A stretch of DNA of 64,000 bases from Acutalibacteraceae bacterium (GTDB lineage Bacteria > Bacillota > Clostridia > Oscillospirales > Acutalibacteraceae), in assembly GCA_045543075.1 (NCBI GenBank), contig JAZQLZ010000025.1:27681-91680 (forward strand), in the 5' to 3' direction. The notes below the pieces were generated by a model. The model was not told the DNA's origin and ran no database searches. It saw only the letters and a program-made list of their open reading frames with translations. Both the position numbers and the translations under genes were made by a program. Shown one piece after another: positions 10,046-19,785 of the stretch. Numbering within the stretch: the first letter of the stretch is position 1; the number at the start of each line of letters is the position of its first letter.

Positions 10046-11275
10046 TTGCAAAAAGATATTTTTGTCAGTGAATCAGAATTGCTTAAGCAAAGAGAATATA
10101 CCGAAAAGGTTAACAGTGTTTTAAGTGCGCGTTTTCCCTCAGAAGCGCCAAAGGCATTTATACATACTTATGGTTGTCAGGGCAATGTTGCCGACAGTGA
10201 GCATATCAAGGGTATGCTTGTTGATATGGGTTATGTTCTCTGTGATGATGATTCACAAGCTGATTTTATTTTATATAACACCTGTGCAATTCGTGAGCAT
10301 GCTGAGGACAGGGTTTTCGGTAATGTAGGAGCTTTGAAAAAGTACAAGAAGGACAAGCCTTATTTAATAATTGCTCTTTGCGGTTGTATGATGCAGCAAG
10401 TGCATATTGCCGAAAAGATAAAAAAAAGTTACCCCTTTGTCAACCTGGTTTTCGGTACACATGTTACTCACAGATTACCCGAGTTTATGTCAAAGGTGCT
10501 TTGCACAGGGAAACGCTTTTTCTGTATTGATGACAGCGAGGGTATTATTGCCGAGGGCTTGCCCACTGTGCGTGACAGTGGTGAGAATGCCTGGCTTCCG
10601 ATTATGTATGGCTGTAATAACTTCTGTTCTTACTGCGTTGTGCCTTATGTAAGAGGGCGTGAGCGTAGCCGAAGACCTGAGGTTATTATTGAAGAGGCAA
10701 AGAAGCTTGTTGGTGAAGGCTATAAGCTTATAACTCTTTTGGGGCAGAATGTTAACTCTTACGGTAAAAATTGCGATTTTGAAATGAATTTTGCTCAGTT
10801 GATTCGTGAGATTGATTCAATAGAGGGCGATTTTAAGTTTGATTTTATGACTTCGCACCCCAAGGACTGCAGTTTTGAGCTTTTGGATGTTCTCGCTTCC
10901 TCAAAGCATTTCTGCGGTCATCTTCATTTACCTGTTCAATCCGGCAATAACAGGATTCTTAAAGAGATGAACAGGCACTACACCAGAGAACACTATCTTG
11001 AGCTTATAAAATACGCTAAAGATAAAATGCCCGATGTGGATATCACTACCGACATTATTGTCGGTTTCCCGGGTGAGACTTATGATGAGTTTCTTGACAC
11101 TTTGTCTTTGGTTAAAGAGGTACAGTACGGTTCAATGTTCACATTTATTTACTCGCCCAGAAAGGGCACACCCGCCGCCTCGATGCCCGATCCTTTTACT
11201 AAAAAGGAAAAGACTGCGTGGTTTCTTGAGCTTCTCAAAGTTCAGGAGGAAATTGCCGCTGCAAGAGGCGAATAA
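10046..11275 (+). CDS. miaB: tRNA-i6A37 methylthiotransferase MiaB-like, lacking the C-terminal TRAM domain
   Basis: UPF0004 domain with TYGCQGNVADSE and radical-SAM CNNFCSYCVVPY. Ends at residue 409, where the TRAM domain normally begins. TTG start after AGGAG. Confidence 0.85.
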   Translation: MQKDIFVSESELLKQREYTEKVNSVLSARFPSEAPKAFIHTYGCQGNVADSEHIKGMLVDMGYVLCDDDSQADFILYNTCAIREHAEDRVFGNVGALKKYKKDKPYLIIALCGCMMQQVHIAEKIKKSYPFVNLVFGTHVTHRLPEFMSKVLCTGKRFFCIDDSEGIIAEGLPTVRDSGENAWLPIMYGCNNFCSYCVVPYVRGRERSRRPEVIIEEAKKLVGEGYKLITLLGQNVNSYGKNCDFEMNFAQLIREIDSIEGDFKFDFMTSHPKDCSFELLDVLASSKHFCGHLHLPVQSGNNRILKEMNRHYTREHYLELIKYAKDKMPDVDITTDIIVGFPGETYDEFLDTLSLVKEVQYGSMFTFIYSPRKGTPAASMPDPFTKKEKTAWFLELLKVQEEIAAARGE

Positions 11276-11331
11276 CTTATTAAACAATGTTTCATTGTTG
11301 AAATTATTATATATTTAAGGAGTACACAAAA

Positions 11332-11745
11332 ATGACAGTAATTGAAATCACAAGACAGCTTGGTGCTGCAATTCAGGAAGATCCTCGTTACAAAGAATAC
11401 GAGGCAGCAAGAAAAGCAAATGAGCAGGATGACGCTCTCAATAATCTTATAGGCAGCATCAATCTTATTCAGCTTAACTATCAGAACGAAGCTTCAAAAG
11501 GCGAAGAAGCAGATGCAGCTAAAATGGAAGAGTTTGCAAAAGAATTTGAAGAAAAATACCGCGAGATTATGCTCAACGGTAATATGGTTAAATTTGAAGC
11601 AGCTAAAAATGCAGTTGACGAAATGATGAATGAAATAATGGGCATTCTTGCTTGCTGTGTTGACGGTCAGGATCCTGCTACATGCTCTCCTGAACAGGAA
11701 CATCACTGCGGCGGTAGCTGTGAAAGCTGCGGCGGCTGCCACTAA
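11332..11745 (+). CDS. YlbF/YmcA-family protein (RicA-like) with a Cys-rich C-terminal tail
   Basis: 137 aa helical protein in the miaB-ymcA-mutS position known from Bacillus. Tail is CCVDGQDPATCSPEQEHHCGGSCESCGGCH. Confidence 0.65.
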   Translation: MTVIEITRQLGAAIQEDPRYKEYEAARKANEQDDALNNLIGSINLIQLNYQNEASKGEEADAAKMEEFAKEFEEKYREIMLNGNMVKFEAAKNAVDEMMNEIMGILACCVDGQDPATCSPEQEHHCGGSCESCGGCH

Positions 11746-11772
11746 TAAATTAATTAATTGCTGAGGTAAAAA

Positions 11773-14388
11773 ATGGCTAAACTTTCTCCTATGATGGAAC
11801 AATATTTCCAAATAAAACAGAATTACCCGGAAACGCTTTTGTTTTTCCGCCTGGGCGATTTTTATGAGATGTTCTTTGAAGATGCAAAAATTGCTTCCAA
11901 AGAGCTTGAACTCGTGCTCACAGGGAGAGATTGCGGCCAGGAGGAACGCGCACCCATGTGCGGCGTTCCTTTCCACAGCGCTGACTCTTACATTGCAAAG
12001 CTTGTTTCCCGTGGCTATAAAGTAGCCATATGCGAACAGGTTGAAGATCCGGCTACGGCGAAAGGTATTGTAAAACGCGATGTTGTAAGAATAGTTACAC
12101 CGGGTACTGTAATTGAGAGTAATATGCTTGATGAAAGTAAAAATAACTATCTTGCATCTGTTTTCGTTACCGACAAAAATTGCGGTCTTGCTTTTGTTGA
12201 TGTTTCAACAGGTGAGGTCCATCTCGACAGTGCTTTTGATAATGCATCACAGTACATAATTAACCGTCTTGGTTGCTATTCACCCAGCGAGGTTATTATC
12301 AACAAATATGCCGCATCAATAAAATCTGTTTCTGATTTTATTAAAAACCGACTTAGTGTTGATTATCAGATTGTCAATGAAAAGGACTATGATTCAGAAG
12401 TTTTAAAATCAACCGTTCTTTCCCATATCTCTGACGATGACAGTCAGTTTGAGAAATTCCGACAAAACCCTGCGCTGTTATACGCTTTCGGTGTTGCGGT
12501 TGAATATCTTAAAAGCGTACAGAAAAATGAATTACAGAACATCAATGATGTTGATTTCTATAATGAAGACAGTTTCCTTTCCCTGGATTTATCAGCAAGG
12601 CGCAATCTTGAATTGACTGAAACCCAGTTGCGCCGAGAAAAGAAGGGGAGTCTTCTGTGGGTGCTTGACCACACAAAAACCGCTATGGGTAAACGTCTTA
12701 TGCGTACCTGGGTTGAGCAGCCTCTTGTAAACTATTCTTCGATAATTTTAAGACAAAATGCTGTCGAAGAATTGACATCCGACACCATTTTGCTTGATTC
12801 TTTAAAGGGGTATCTTTCTGATATTTTTGATCTTGAAAGAATTATGACCCGCGTTGTTTATGGCAGTGCCAACGCAAAAGAGCTTAAAACTCTGAGTTTG
12901 ACCATTGACCGTTTAGCGGATATTAAGTCCGCCATTTCGGATGTTAAATCAAATCTGCTTGTCTCTGTTTTTGATGACATTGACTTGTTAGAGGATATAA
13001 ATACTCTTATAACCGAAGCTATTTGTGATAATCCGCCGCTCTCTGTGCGTGAAGGCGGTATGATTCGCGACGGTTATAACTCTGAGCTTGATACACTGCG
13101 CGATATTGTGAATAACGGTAAAGATTACCTTACCGCTGTTGAGCAGGCTGAGCAGGAAAAAACAGGTATCAAGAAATTAAAAATCGGGTATAACAGAGTG
13201 TTCGGTTATTATATCGAGGTTACAAACTCTTTTAAAGACCTTGTACCCGACCATTACATAAGAAAACAAACGCTTACAAATTGCGAAAGATATATTACAC
13301 AGGAGCTCAAAGAGCTTGAGTCTAAAGTTCTCGGTGCTCAGGAGAGAATAGTGCGTATTGAATATGAGCTGTTCTCTGCAATCCGTTCTCAGGTTGCCGA
13401 TCAGCTTGAGCGTGTCAGAACTACTGCGCGGGCAGTTGCGAAGCTTGATGCTCTCTGCTCACTTGCTTTTACAGCAGTAAATAATAATTATACAAGACCG
13501 GTCATTGATACATCCGATGAGATTATCATTGAAAACGGCCGTCACCCGGTTGTTGAACTGATGTTGAGCGGTGCGCCCTTTGTGCCCAATGATACACATC
13601 TTGATTGCCGTGACAACAGAACGGCGATTATTACAGGTCCCAATATGGCAGGTAAATCTACATATATGCGCCAGGTTGCCATAATTACTCTTATGGCTCA
13701 GATAGGTAGCTTTGTTCCTGCTTCATCTGCAAAAATCGGCATTGTTGATAAGATTTTTACAAGAGTCGGAGCTTCCGATGATTTGTCTGCGGGTCAGTCA
13801 ACATTTATGCTTGAGATGACAGAGGTTGCGGATATTCTTAATGATGCAACATCAAAAAGTCTTATTGTTTTTGATGAAATCGGCAGAGGTACCTCTACCT
13901 ATGATGGTATGAGTATTGCGAGAGCCGTTCTCGAATACACCGCCGATAAAAAGAAAATCGGTGCAAAAACTTTATTTGCAACTCATTACCATGAGCTTAC
14001 GGAGCTTGAAAACACCATTGAAGGTGTTAAAAACTACAATACCTCTGTCAAGAAGCGTGGCGACGATATAACTTTCCTCAGGAGAATTGTTAAAGGTCCC
14101 GCAGACGGAAGTTACGGTGTTGAAGTGGCAAAGCTTGCGGGTGTGCCAAAAGTCGTGGTTGAAAACGCCAAAAAAATTCTTGCAACACTGGAATCACAGA
14201 CACCTGTTAATGTTTCGGGTAACGTAAAAGCAAGCGTTGAGTCAGAGGATGATATGCAGCTTTCGTTTACATCCGGGAGCAGAGAAGTTCTGATAGATAA
14301 ACTTAAAAATATTGATGTAAATACATTAACACCTATCGAAGCGATGACGGTTTTGTTTGAGCTTCAGAAGGATGCCAAAAATCTTTAA
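11773..14388 (+). CDS. mutS: DNA mismatch repair protein MutS
   Basis: N-terminal mismatch-binding domain (FFRLGDFYEMF), Walker A GPNMAGKST, STFMLEM and DEIGRGTSTYDG. Confidence 0.97.
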   Translation: MAKLSPMMEQYFQIKQNYPETLLFFRLGDFYEMFFEDAKIASKELELVLTGRDCGQEERAPMCGVPFHSADSYIAKLVSRGYKVAICEQVEDPATAKGIVKRDVVRIVTPGTVIESNMLDESKNNYLASVFVTDKNCGLAFVDVSTGEVHLDSAFDNASQYIINRLGCYSPSEVIINKYAASIKSVSDFIKNRLSVDYQIVNEKDYDSEVLKSTVLSHISDDDSQFEKFRQNPALLYAFGVAVEYLKSVQKNELQNINDVDFYNEDSFLSLDLSARRNLELTETQLRREKKGSLLWVLDHTKTAMGKRLMRTWVEQPLVNYSSIILRQNAVEELTSDTILLDSLKGYLSDIFDLERIMTRVVYGSANAKELKTLSLTIDRLADIKSAISDVKSNLLVSVFDDIDLLEDINTLITEAICDNPPLSVREGGMIRDGYNSELDTLRDIVNNGKDYLTAVEQAEQEKTGIKKLKIGYNRVFGYYIEVTNSFKDLVPDHYIRKQTLTNCERYITQELKELESKVLGAQERIVRIEYELFSAIRSQVADQLERVRTTARAVAKLDALCSLAFTAVNNNYTRPVIDTSDEIIIENGRHPVVELMLSGAPFVPNDTHLDCRDNRTAIITGPNMAGKSTYMRQVAIITLMAQIGSFVPASSAKIGIVDKIFTRVGASDDLSAGQSTFMLEMTEVADILNDATSKSLIVFDEIGRGTSTYDGMSIARAVLEYTADKKKIGAKTLFATHYHELTELENTIEGVKNYNTSVKKRGDDITFLRRIVKGPADGSYGVEVAKLAGVPKVVVENAKKILATLESQTPVNVSGNVKASVESEDDMQLSFTSGSREVLIDKLKNIDVNTLTPIEAMTVLFELQKDAKNL

Positions 14389-14415
14389 TCTAAGACTTAC
14401 GAAAGGAGGATGGCC

Positions 14416-16374
14416 ATGCCTCGTATAAATGTTTTACCTAAAAATATTGCTGACCTTATAGCAGCCGGCGAGGTTGTTGAGCGTCCGTCCTCCGTTATCA
14501 AAGAATTTGTAGAGAACTCCATTGATGCAGGTTCAACCAAAATTGTAGTTGAAATTCACAATGGCGGTAAAACCTATATGCGTGTTACCGACAACGGTTG
14601 CGGTATTGAACGCGAAGATGTCCCAAAAGCTTTTATAAGTCACGCAACAAGTAAAATTAATTCAGTCTCAGACCTTGATTCTATTTCAACCCTCGGCTTC
14701 AGGGGCGAAGCTCTCGCTTCTGTGTGTGCAGTGTCCAAGGTTGAAATTATGACTACTGCAGAAGGTTGTGATGTGGGTACACGTTATGTAATCGAGGGCG
14801 GTGAGGAGAAGCTCATTGATGATGCAGGCTCTCCTGTTGGTACAACTATTATTGTCAGGGATTTGTTTTATAACATCCCTGCGAGATTAAAATTTCTCAA
14901 AAAAGATGTTCAGGAGGGAAATTATATTGCCGCTGTCCTTGAGCGAATAGCCCTTTCTAATCCTCATATTGCATTCAGGCTTATCCGTGACGGAAAACTT
15001 GCTTTTCAGACACCGGGGGACGGTAATCTTAAGTCCGCGGTATATGCTGTTTTCGGTAAAGAATTCACAGCGGGACTTTTACCGGTTGAAAGCGAACATA
15101 ACGGTATTAAAGTCCACGGATTCATTACCAAGCCCACTGCAGGCAGAGGCAGTCGCTCAATGCAGACCTTCTTTGTGAATAAACGATATGTCAAGAGTGT
15201 TATATTTCTTACTGCTCTTGAAAATGCATATAAAAATTCAATAATGGTGGGTAAATATCCCGGTTGTGTTCTGTTCCTCGATATGCCTTACGAAACAGTT
15301 GATGTTAATGTTCATCCTGCAAAAACCGAGGTTCGGTTTTTTGAAGAGAAAAGAGTTTTTGACGCTGTTTACAATGCGGCATTATCAGCACTTAATATGG
15401 ATTTTTCCCGTCCTCAGGCTACATTCAATGAGGCTATGGCTTTTATTGAACCTGCTCAAAGAGGGGAACAGTTAAAGTTAAGTGAAACTAAACCTACAAC
15501 CGTTAAAACAGAACGAAGTTTTGTTATTAAAGAATTCGGTAAACCTGTCAGCGGTGAGGAAAGTAAGGTTGAGTCTCCAAAAAATGACGAACCGAAACAG
15601 TTCGATTTCTTAAAAGAGCAATATTTTAAACCTCAGATTAATGTTATTTCTGAAAACACCCCAAAAATTAAAATTGTTGAAGATAAACCTGTTGGAATAA
15701 CAACAGAAGAAAAAGTTGAGGTTCCTGTAAAAGAAAGCATTGCTTCTGAACCTGTGGCTGATGTGGTGGCAGTTTCTGTTAAGGAAGATACTCCTCAGCC
15801 TGAAGCTGTAGAATTTAAATATATCGGCGAAGCCTTTAATACTTATCTTTTAGCCGAAATCGAGAATAAACTTGTAATTATTGATAAACATGCAGCCCAC
15901 GAACGCATTTTGTTTGAAAAATTCAAATCTCAGGCGAAAGGCGAGTCGCAAATGATGCTTATACCCATATCCGTCAATTTATCTGCTGATGAATATTCTG
16001 CTGTTATCGAAAATATTGATTTGCTTGAAAAAGCAGGGTATGAGGTTTCTGATTTCGGTGACAGATGCGTTAAAATCAGTGCATGTCCTCCCGAGCTTGT
16101 AAATGAAAATCTTGATGAAATTTTGACAGAAATAGCGGGTTATCTCGCTAAGAATATAAAAACATTAATGCCTGAAAAACTTGATTGGATTTATCATTCA
16201 ATGGCATGCCGTGCCGCTGTTAAAGCCGGTAATTTTACCTCCTCATATGAGGCAGAAAAATTTGTTGGTGCTTTACTCAGCGACAGCAGTATCCGTTATT
16301 GTCCCCACGGAAGACCTGTATTGGTGGAAATGACAAAACGCGAGCTTGAAAAGCAATTCGGACGCATTATTTAA
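14416..16374 (+). CDS. mutL: DNA mismatch repair protein MutL
   Basis: GHKL ATPase motifs (AAGEVVERPSSVIKEFVENSIDAG, DNGCGI) and a C-terminal dimerisation domain. ATG 14416 is better spaced from GGAGG than ATG 14410. Confidence 0.95.
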   Translation: MPRINVLPKNIADLIAAGEVVERPSSVIKEFVENSIDAGSTKIVVEIHNGGKTYMRVTDNGCGIEREDVPKAFISHATSKINSVSDLDSISTLGFRGEALASVCAVSKVEIMTTAEGCDVGTRYVIEGGEEKLIDDAGSPVGTTIIVRDLFYNIPARLKFLKKDVQEGNYIAAVLERIALSNPHIAFRLIRDGKLAFQTPGDGNLKSAVYAVFGKEFTAGLLPVESEHNGIKVHGFITKPTAGRGSRSMQTFFVNKRYVKSVIFLTALENAYKNSIMVGKYPGCVLFLDMPYETVDVNVHPAKTEVRFFEEKRVFDAVYNAALSALNMDFSRPQATFNEAMAFIEPAQRGEQLKLSETKPTTVKTERSFVIKEFGKPVSGEESKVESPKNDEPKQFDFLKEQYFKPQINVISENTPKIKIVEDKPVGITTEEKVEVPVKESIASEPVADVVAVSVKEDTPQPEAVEFKYIGEAFNTYLLAEIENKLVIIDKHAAHERILFEKFKSQAKGESQMMLIPISVNLSADEYSAVIENIDLLEKAGYEVSDFGDRCVKISACPPELVNENLDEILTEIAGYLAKNIKTLMPEKLDWIYHSMACRAAVKAGNFTSSYEAEKFVGALLSDSSIRYCPHGRPVLVEMTKRELEKQFGRII

Positions 16375-16384
16375 GGAGAAAAAA

Positions 16385-17326
16385 TTGAAACACAAAGCAG
16401 TTGTAGTTGTCGGTCCTACCGCCTCGGGTAAAACATCCCTCGGTGTTAATATTTGTAAAAAATTCAATGGCGAAGTTATATCAGCCGACTCTATGCAGAT
16501 TTATAAGGGCCTTGATATTTCTACGGCGAAGCCCGATATAACCGAGACGGACGGCATAAAACATCACCTTATCGACTTTCTTGATATTACCGAAAAGTAC
16601 AGTGTTTCAAATTATTGTAAGGATGCACGGGTTGCTTTTGATGATATTATTTCAAGAGGAAAGCTACCTGTTATTGTCGGTGGTACGGGACTGTATATTG
16701 ATTCGTTCCTTACTAACACTGTTTTTATTGAGGATGCATCTTCTGATGAAGTCCGCAAGGAGTTGTTTTTTGAATTAAACGAAAAAGGTGCCCAATATAT
16801 GCACCACAAGCTTCGTGAAATTGACACGGAGGCTGCTGAAAGAATACACCCCAATAACACCGTGCGTGTTATCAGAGCCCTTGAAGTGTATATGACTACC
16901 GGTCAGACAATTACCAAACAGGCACTGAATTCACATAATGTTGAATCCGACATTGAGCCTTTATATATCGGTATTTCCTATAATGACCGAGAGGTGCTTT
17001 ATGACCGTATTAATATGCGGGTTGATATTATGCTCGAGAAAGGGCTTCTGCAGGAGGCCACGAGCTTCTTTGAGGGGAATCCGTCAAAGACATCATTTAA
17101 TTCCATCGGTTGTAAAGAATTAAAACCGTATCTTGATAACGAAAAAAGCCTTGATGAATGTGTTGAACAGCTAAAACGCAGTACAAGGCGATATGCTAAA
17201 AGACAGCTAACCTGGTTTAAACGAAACCCTCATATACATTGGTTTTATCCTGATTTATGTGATGGTGATATTTCAGAAGATGTTTTCGATTTGATACATA
17301 AATATATGGAAGGTGAAGTGACTTGA
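16385..17326 (+). CDS. miaA: tRNA dimethylallyltransferase MiaA
   Basis: P-loop GPTASGKTS and SADSMQIYKGLDI motif. TTG 16385 lies 6 nt after AAGGAG; the track start 16346 overlaps mutL. Confidence 0.9.
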   Translation: MKHKAVVVVGPTASGKTSLGVNICKKFNGEVISADSMQIYKGLDISTAKPDITETDGIKHHLIDFLDITEKYSVSNYCKDARVAFDDIISRGKLPVIVGGTGLYIDSFLTNTVFIEDASSDEVRKELFFELNEKGAQYMHHKLREIDTEAAERIHPNNTVRVIRALEVYMTTGQTITKQALNSHNVESDIEPLYIGISYNDREVLYDRINMRVDIMLEKGLLQEATSFFEGNPSKTSFNSIGCKELKPYLDNEKSLDECVEQLKRSTRRYAKRQLTWFKRNPHIHWFYPDLCDGDISEDVFDLIHKYMEGEVT

Positions 17327-18543
17327 AAAAGAATAATTTGAAGTTCAAAATTATAGCAGTGGCAGTCGCTTCGTGTGTAGTACTTTCATATTTTATCTAT
17401 CAGGCAGTGTTATTTTCAAAGTCTGAAATGGAAACTCAGTTTGCTTTGAATGAAACTGTTTACAATACTATTGATACTACCGGGTTTGTAGTTCGTGATG
17501 AGCATTTTATTACCAATTCCGTAAAAGGTACAACCGTTTCTTTTGCTGAAAACGGTGAACGGGTTGCAAGAGGCGATACAGTTTCAATGGTTTTTGCATC
17601 TTCCGATGATGCTGTGTCATACCTTAAAATCAGTGAATTAAAAAAGAGTATTGAGCATTACGAGGAATTATCGGGTCAGGCAAATCTACAGTCGATGAAT
17701 ATTAATTCTCTGGATGAAAAAATTGATAATGAGCTGATCGATTTCTTAGAAAATCGTGATTCTTATAATTATACCGGAGCTGTTGAGTATGCAAACACCT
17801 TCAGGGATTCCTTAACAGGTAAACAAATCGCAACCGGTGAACAGCTTGATTTTGCGGAAGAGCTGGCAAATCTTAAGAACGAATTGAATCAGCTTCAGAG
17901 CGCAAAGTATTCGTTTACTGAAATTAAAAGTGATACACCGGGATATTATATAAGCGGTTCGGATGGTTACGAAAAGCTTATAGACTTTTCAAAAATAGAT
18001 GAGCTTACTCCCGATTTGGTTGAAAAAGCAATTAAATCAAAACCTTCTGCAGTTTCTGAGGATGTTATAGGAAGGGTAGTTGAATCATTCAAGTGGTATA
18101 TCGTATGTTCTGTTGATACCGATGATACTATTAACCTCACCTATAATAAGCAGATTTATGTTAATTTCCCGTATGAGGGAATTGAGAAATTACCTGTCAC
18201 CTTGTATAAGATCGGTGACAGAACAGGTGATAAAACCCTGCTCGTTTTATCCTGTGATCTTATGAATGATTCTCTCGCTGATTTACGGGTCGAGGAAGTT
18301 CAGATTATTACTGAGGAATACGAGGGTTATAAAATACCTAATTCAGCTATCCGTACTGTTGATGGTGTTAAAGGTGTTTATGTTGTGAGAGGTAATCTCC
18401 TCGGCTTCAGAAAGGTGCATATCGTCTATTCTACAGACAGTTATACTCTTGTTAATAATCCCGAAGGCGATTCCGATTATATTAAACTTTATGATAAAGT
18501 AGTTACAAAGGGGGTTGAACTATATGACAACAAGCTTGTCTGA
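17323..18543 (+). CDS. HlyD-like membrane-fusion-fold protein (N-terminal TM, coiled coil, beta-barrel)
   Basis: N-terminal TM IIAVAVASCVVLSYFIY, central coiled-coil-like region and C-terminal barrel-like region. Overlaps the miaA stop. Function not assignable from sequence. Confidence 0.4.
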   Translation: MKKNNLKFKIIAVAVASCVVLSYFIYQAVLFSKSEMETQFALNETVYNTIDTTGFVVRDEHFITNSVKGTTVSFAENGERVARGDTVSMVFASSDDAVSYLKISELKKSIEHYEELSGQANLQSMNINSLDEKIDNELIDFLENRDSYNYTGAVEYANTFRDSLTGKQIATGEQLDFAEELANLKNELNQLQSAKYSFTEIKSDTPGYYISGSDGYEKLIDFSKIDELTPDLVEKAIKSKPSAVSEDVIGRVVESFKWYIVCSVDTDDTINLTYNKQIYVNFPYEGIEKLPVTLYKIGDRTGDKTLLVLSCDLMNDSLADLRVEEVQIITEEYEGYKIPNSAIRTVDGVKGVYVVRGNLLGFRKVHIVYSTDSYTLVNNPEGDSDYIKLYDKVVTKGVELYDNKLV

Positions 18544-19252
18544 TGAAAGATTTATTTCAATTTCCGAGAATTTAAAGCGCATCCGTGATGAAATCGGTGA
18601 GGCGTCTGTTAAATCGGGGCGCAAGCCGGAGGATGTCAGATTAATGGCGGTTACGAAAACCGTCGATGTGCAATATATTAATTTTGCTATTACCGACTGC
18701 GGTATTGATTTAATCGGCGAAAATAAGGTTCAGGAATTTCTTTCAAAGAAGGATGAACTTAAACTCGACGGTGTTGAAAAACATTTAATTGGTCATTTAC
18801 AGACCAATAAAGTTAAGAAAATTGTACCCTTCGTCGATATGATTCAGTCGGTTGACAGTGTCAAACTGGCAAAGGTCATTTCCGATGAAGCTTTAAAGCT
18901 TAATAAAACAATGGATGTTTTACTCGAAATCAATATAGGCGATGAGGGTAGTAAAACAGGCTTCGATAAGGTTGCTTTTCTTGAATCTCTTTGTGAAATT
19001 TCTGAATTGCCTTCGTTAAGGGTGAAAGGTCTTATGACAATACCGCCCATATGTGAATCGTCCCATGAGGCTGAAAAATACTTTGATGCTTTAAGTGAGT
19101 TTTACAACGAAATTAAAGAAGGCAGCTATAAGAATTTTGACTTCAGTATTCTCTCTATGGGAATGTCAGGTGACTATAAGGAAGCGATTATCCACGGTTC
19201 AAATCTTGTAAGAATCGGGTCAGCCGTTTTCGGTGCCCGTATTTATAAATAA
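18524..19252 (+). CDS. YggS/YlmE-family pyridoxal-phosphate-binding protein
   Basis: LMAVTK Schiff-base lysine context, HLIGHLQTNK and SMGMSGDY motifs. Sits in the conserved position upstream of sepF. Confidence 0.9.
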   Translation: MTTSLSDERFISISENLKRIRDEIGEASVKSGRKPEDVRLMAVTKTVDVQYINFAITDCGIDLIGENKVQEFLSKKDELKLDGVEKHLIGHLQTNKVKKIVPFVDMIQSVDSVKLAKVISDEALKLNKTMDVLLEINIGDEGSKTGFDKVAFLESLCEISELPSLRVKGLMTIPPICESSHEAEKYFDALSEFYNEIKEGSYKNFDFSILSMGMSGDYKEAIIHGSNLVRIGSAVFGARIYK

Positions 19253-19267
19253 TAGGAGGTTTATATT

Positions 19268-19753
19268 ATGGCATTTACCGATTTATTCAAAAAATTAATC
19301 AACGCTTCAGATGATGAATATGATGAGGCAACAGAAGAAAATAATGTAGAAGGTTTTGAAACACCTAATTTTTCCGCAGGTCGTGATTATGAGGCTGAGG
19401 CTCCCAAGGCAACTCGCTCAAGAAGACAGGCAACCTATTCAAGTGACCCCAGCAGAGTTGTTGATATCCGTACCACAGCCATGCTTCAGGTTGTTCTTGT
19501 AAAACCCGATAAATTTGAGGATGCTCGTGCAATTGCTGACCATCTTAATGAAAAAAGAACTGTTGTTCTTAATCTTGAAGCCGCAAGCAAGGATGTTGCA
19601 AGACGCCTTATTGACCTTCTTAACGGTGTTGCTTATGCAAACGGCGGTCAGCTTAAAAAAGTATCTACCAACACATACATTATCACACCTTATAATGTTA
19701 ATGTTTCGGGTGACCTTCTCGATGAACTTGAGAGCACCGGTGTATTCTTTTAA
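19268..19753 (+). CDS. sepF: Cell division protein SepF
   Basis: 161 aa. Conserved C-terminal domain (VVLVKPDKFEDARAIADHLNEKRTVVLNL) in the ylmE-sepF-divIVA context. Confidence 0.9.
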   Translation: MAFTDLFKKLINASDDEYDEATEENNVEGFETPNFSAGRDYEAEAPKATRSRRQATYSSDPSRVVDIRTTAMLQVVLVKPDKFEDARAIADHLNEKRTVVLNLEAASKDVARRLIDLLNGVAYANGGQLKKVSTNTYIITPYNVNVSGDLLDELESTGVFF

Positions 19754-19785
19754 TTAAATCTTTTTGTGGAAACGGGGAATATTTT

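Noticed and set aside
11283-11299. Small hairpin AACAATG-TTT-CATTGTT after miaB as a terminator.
   Set aside because: It has only 7 A/T-rich base pairs and no proper U-tract. The downstream ymcA-mutS genes probably need read-through, so it was not listed as a feature.
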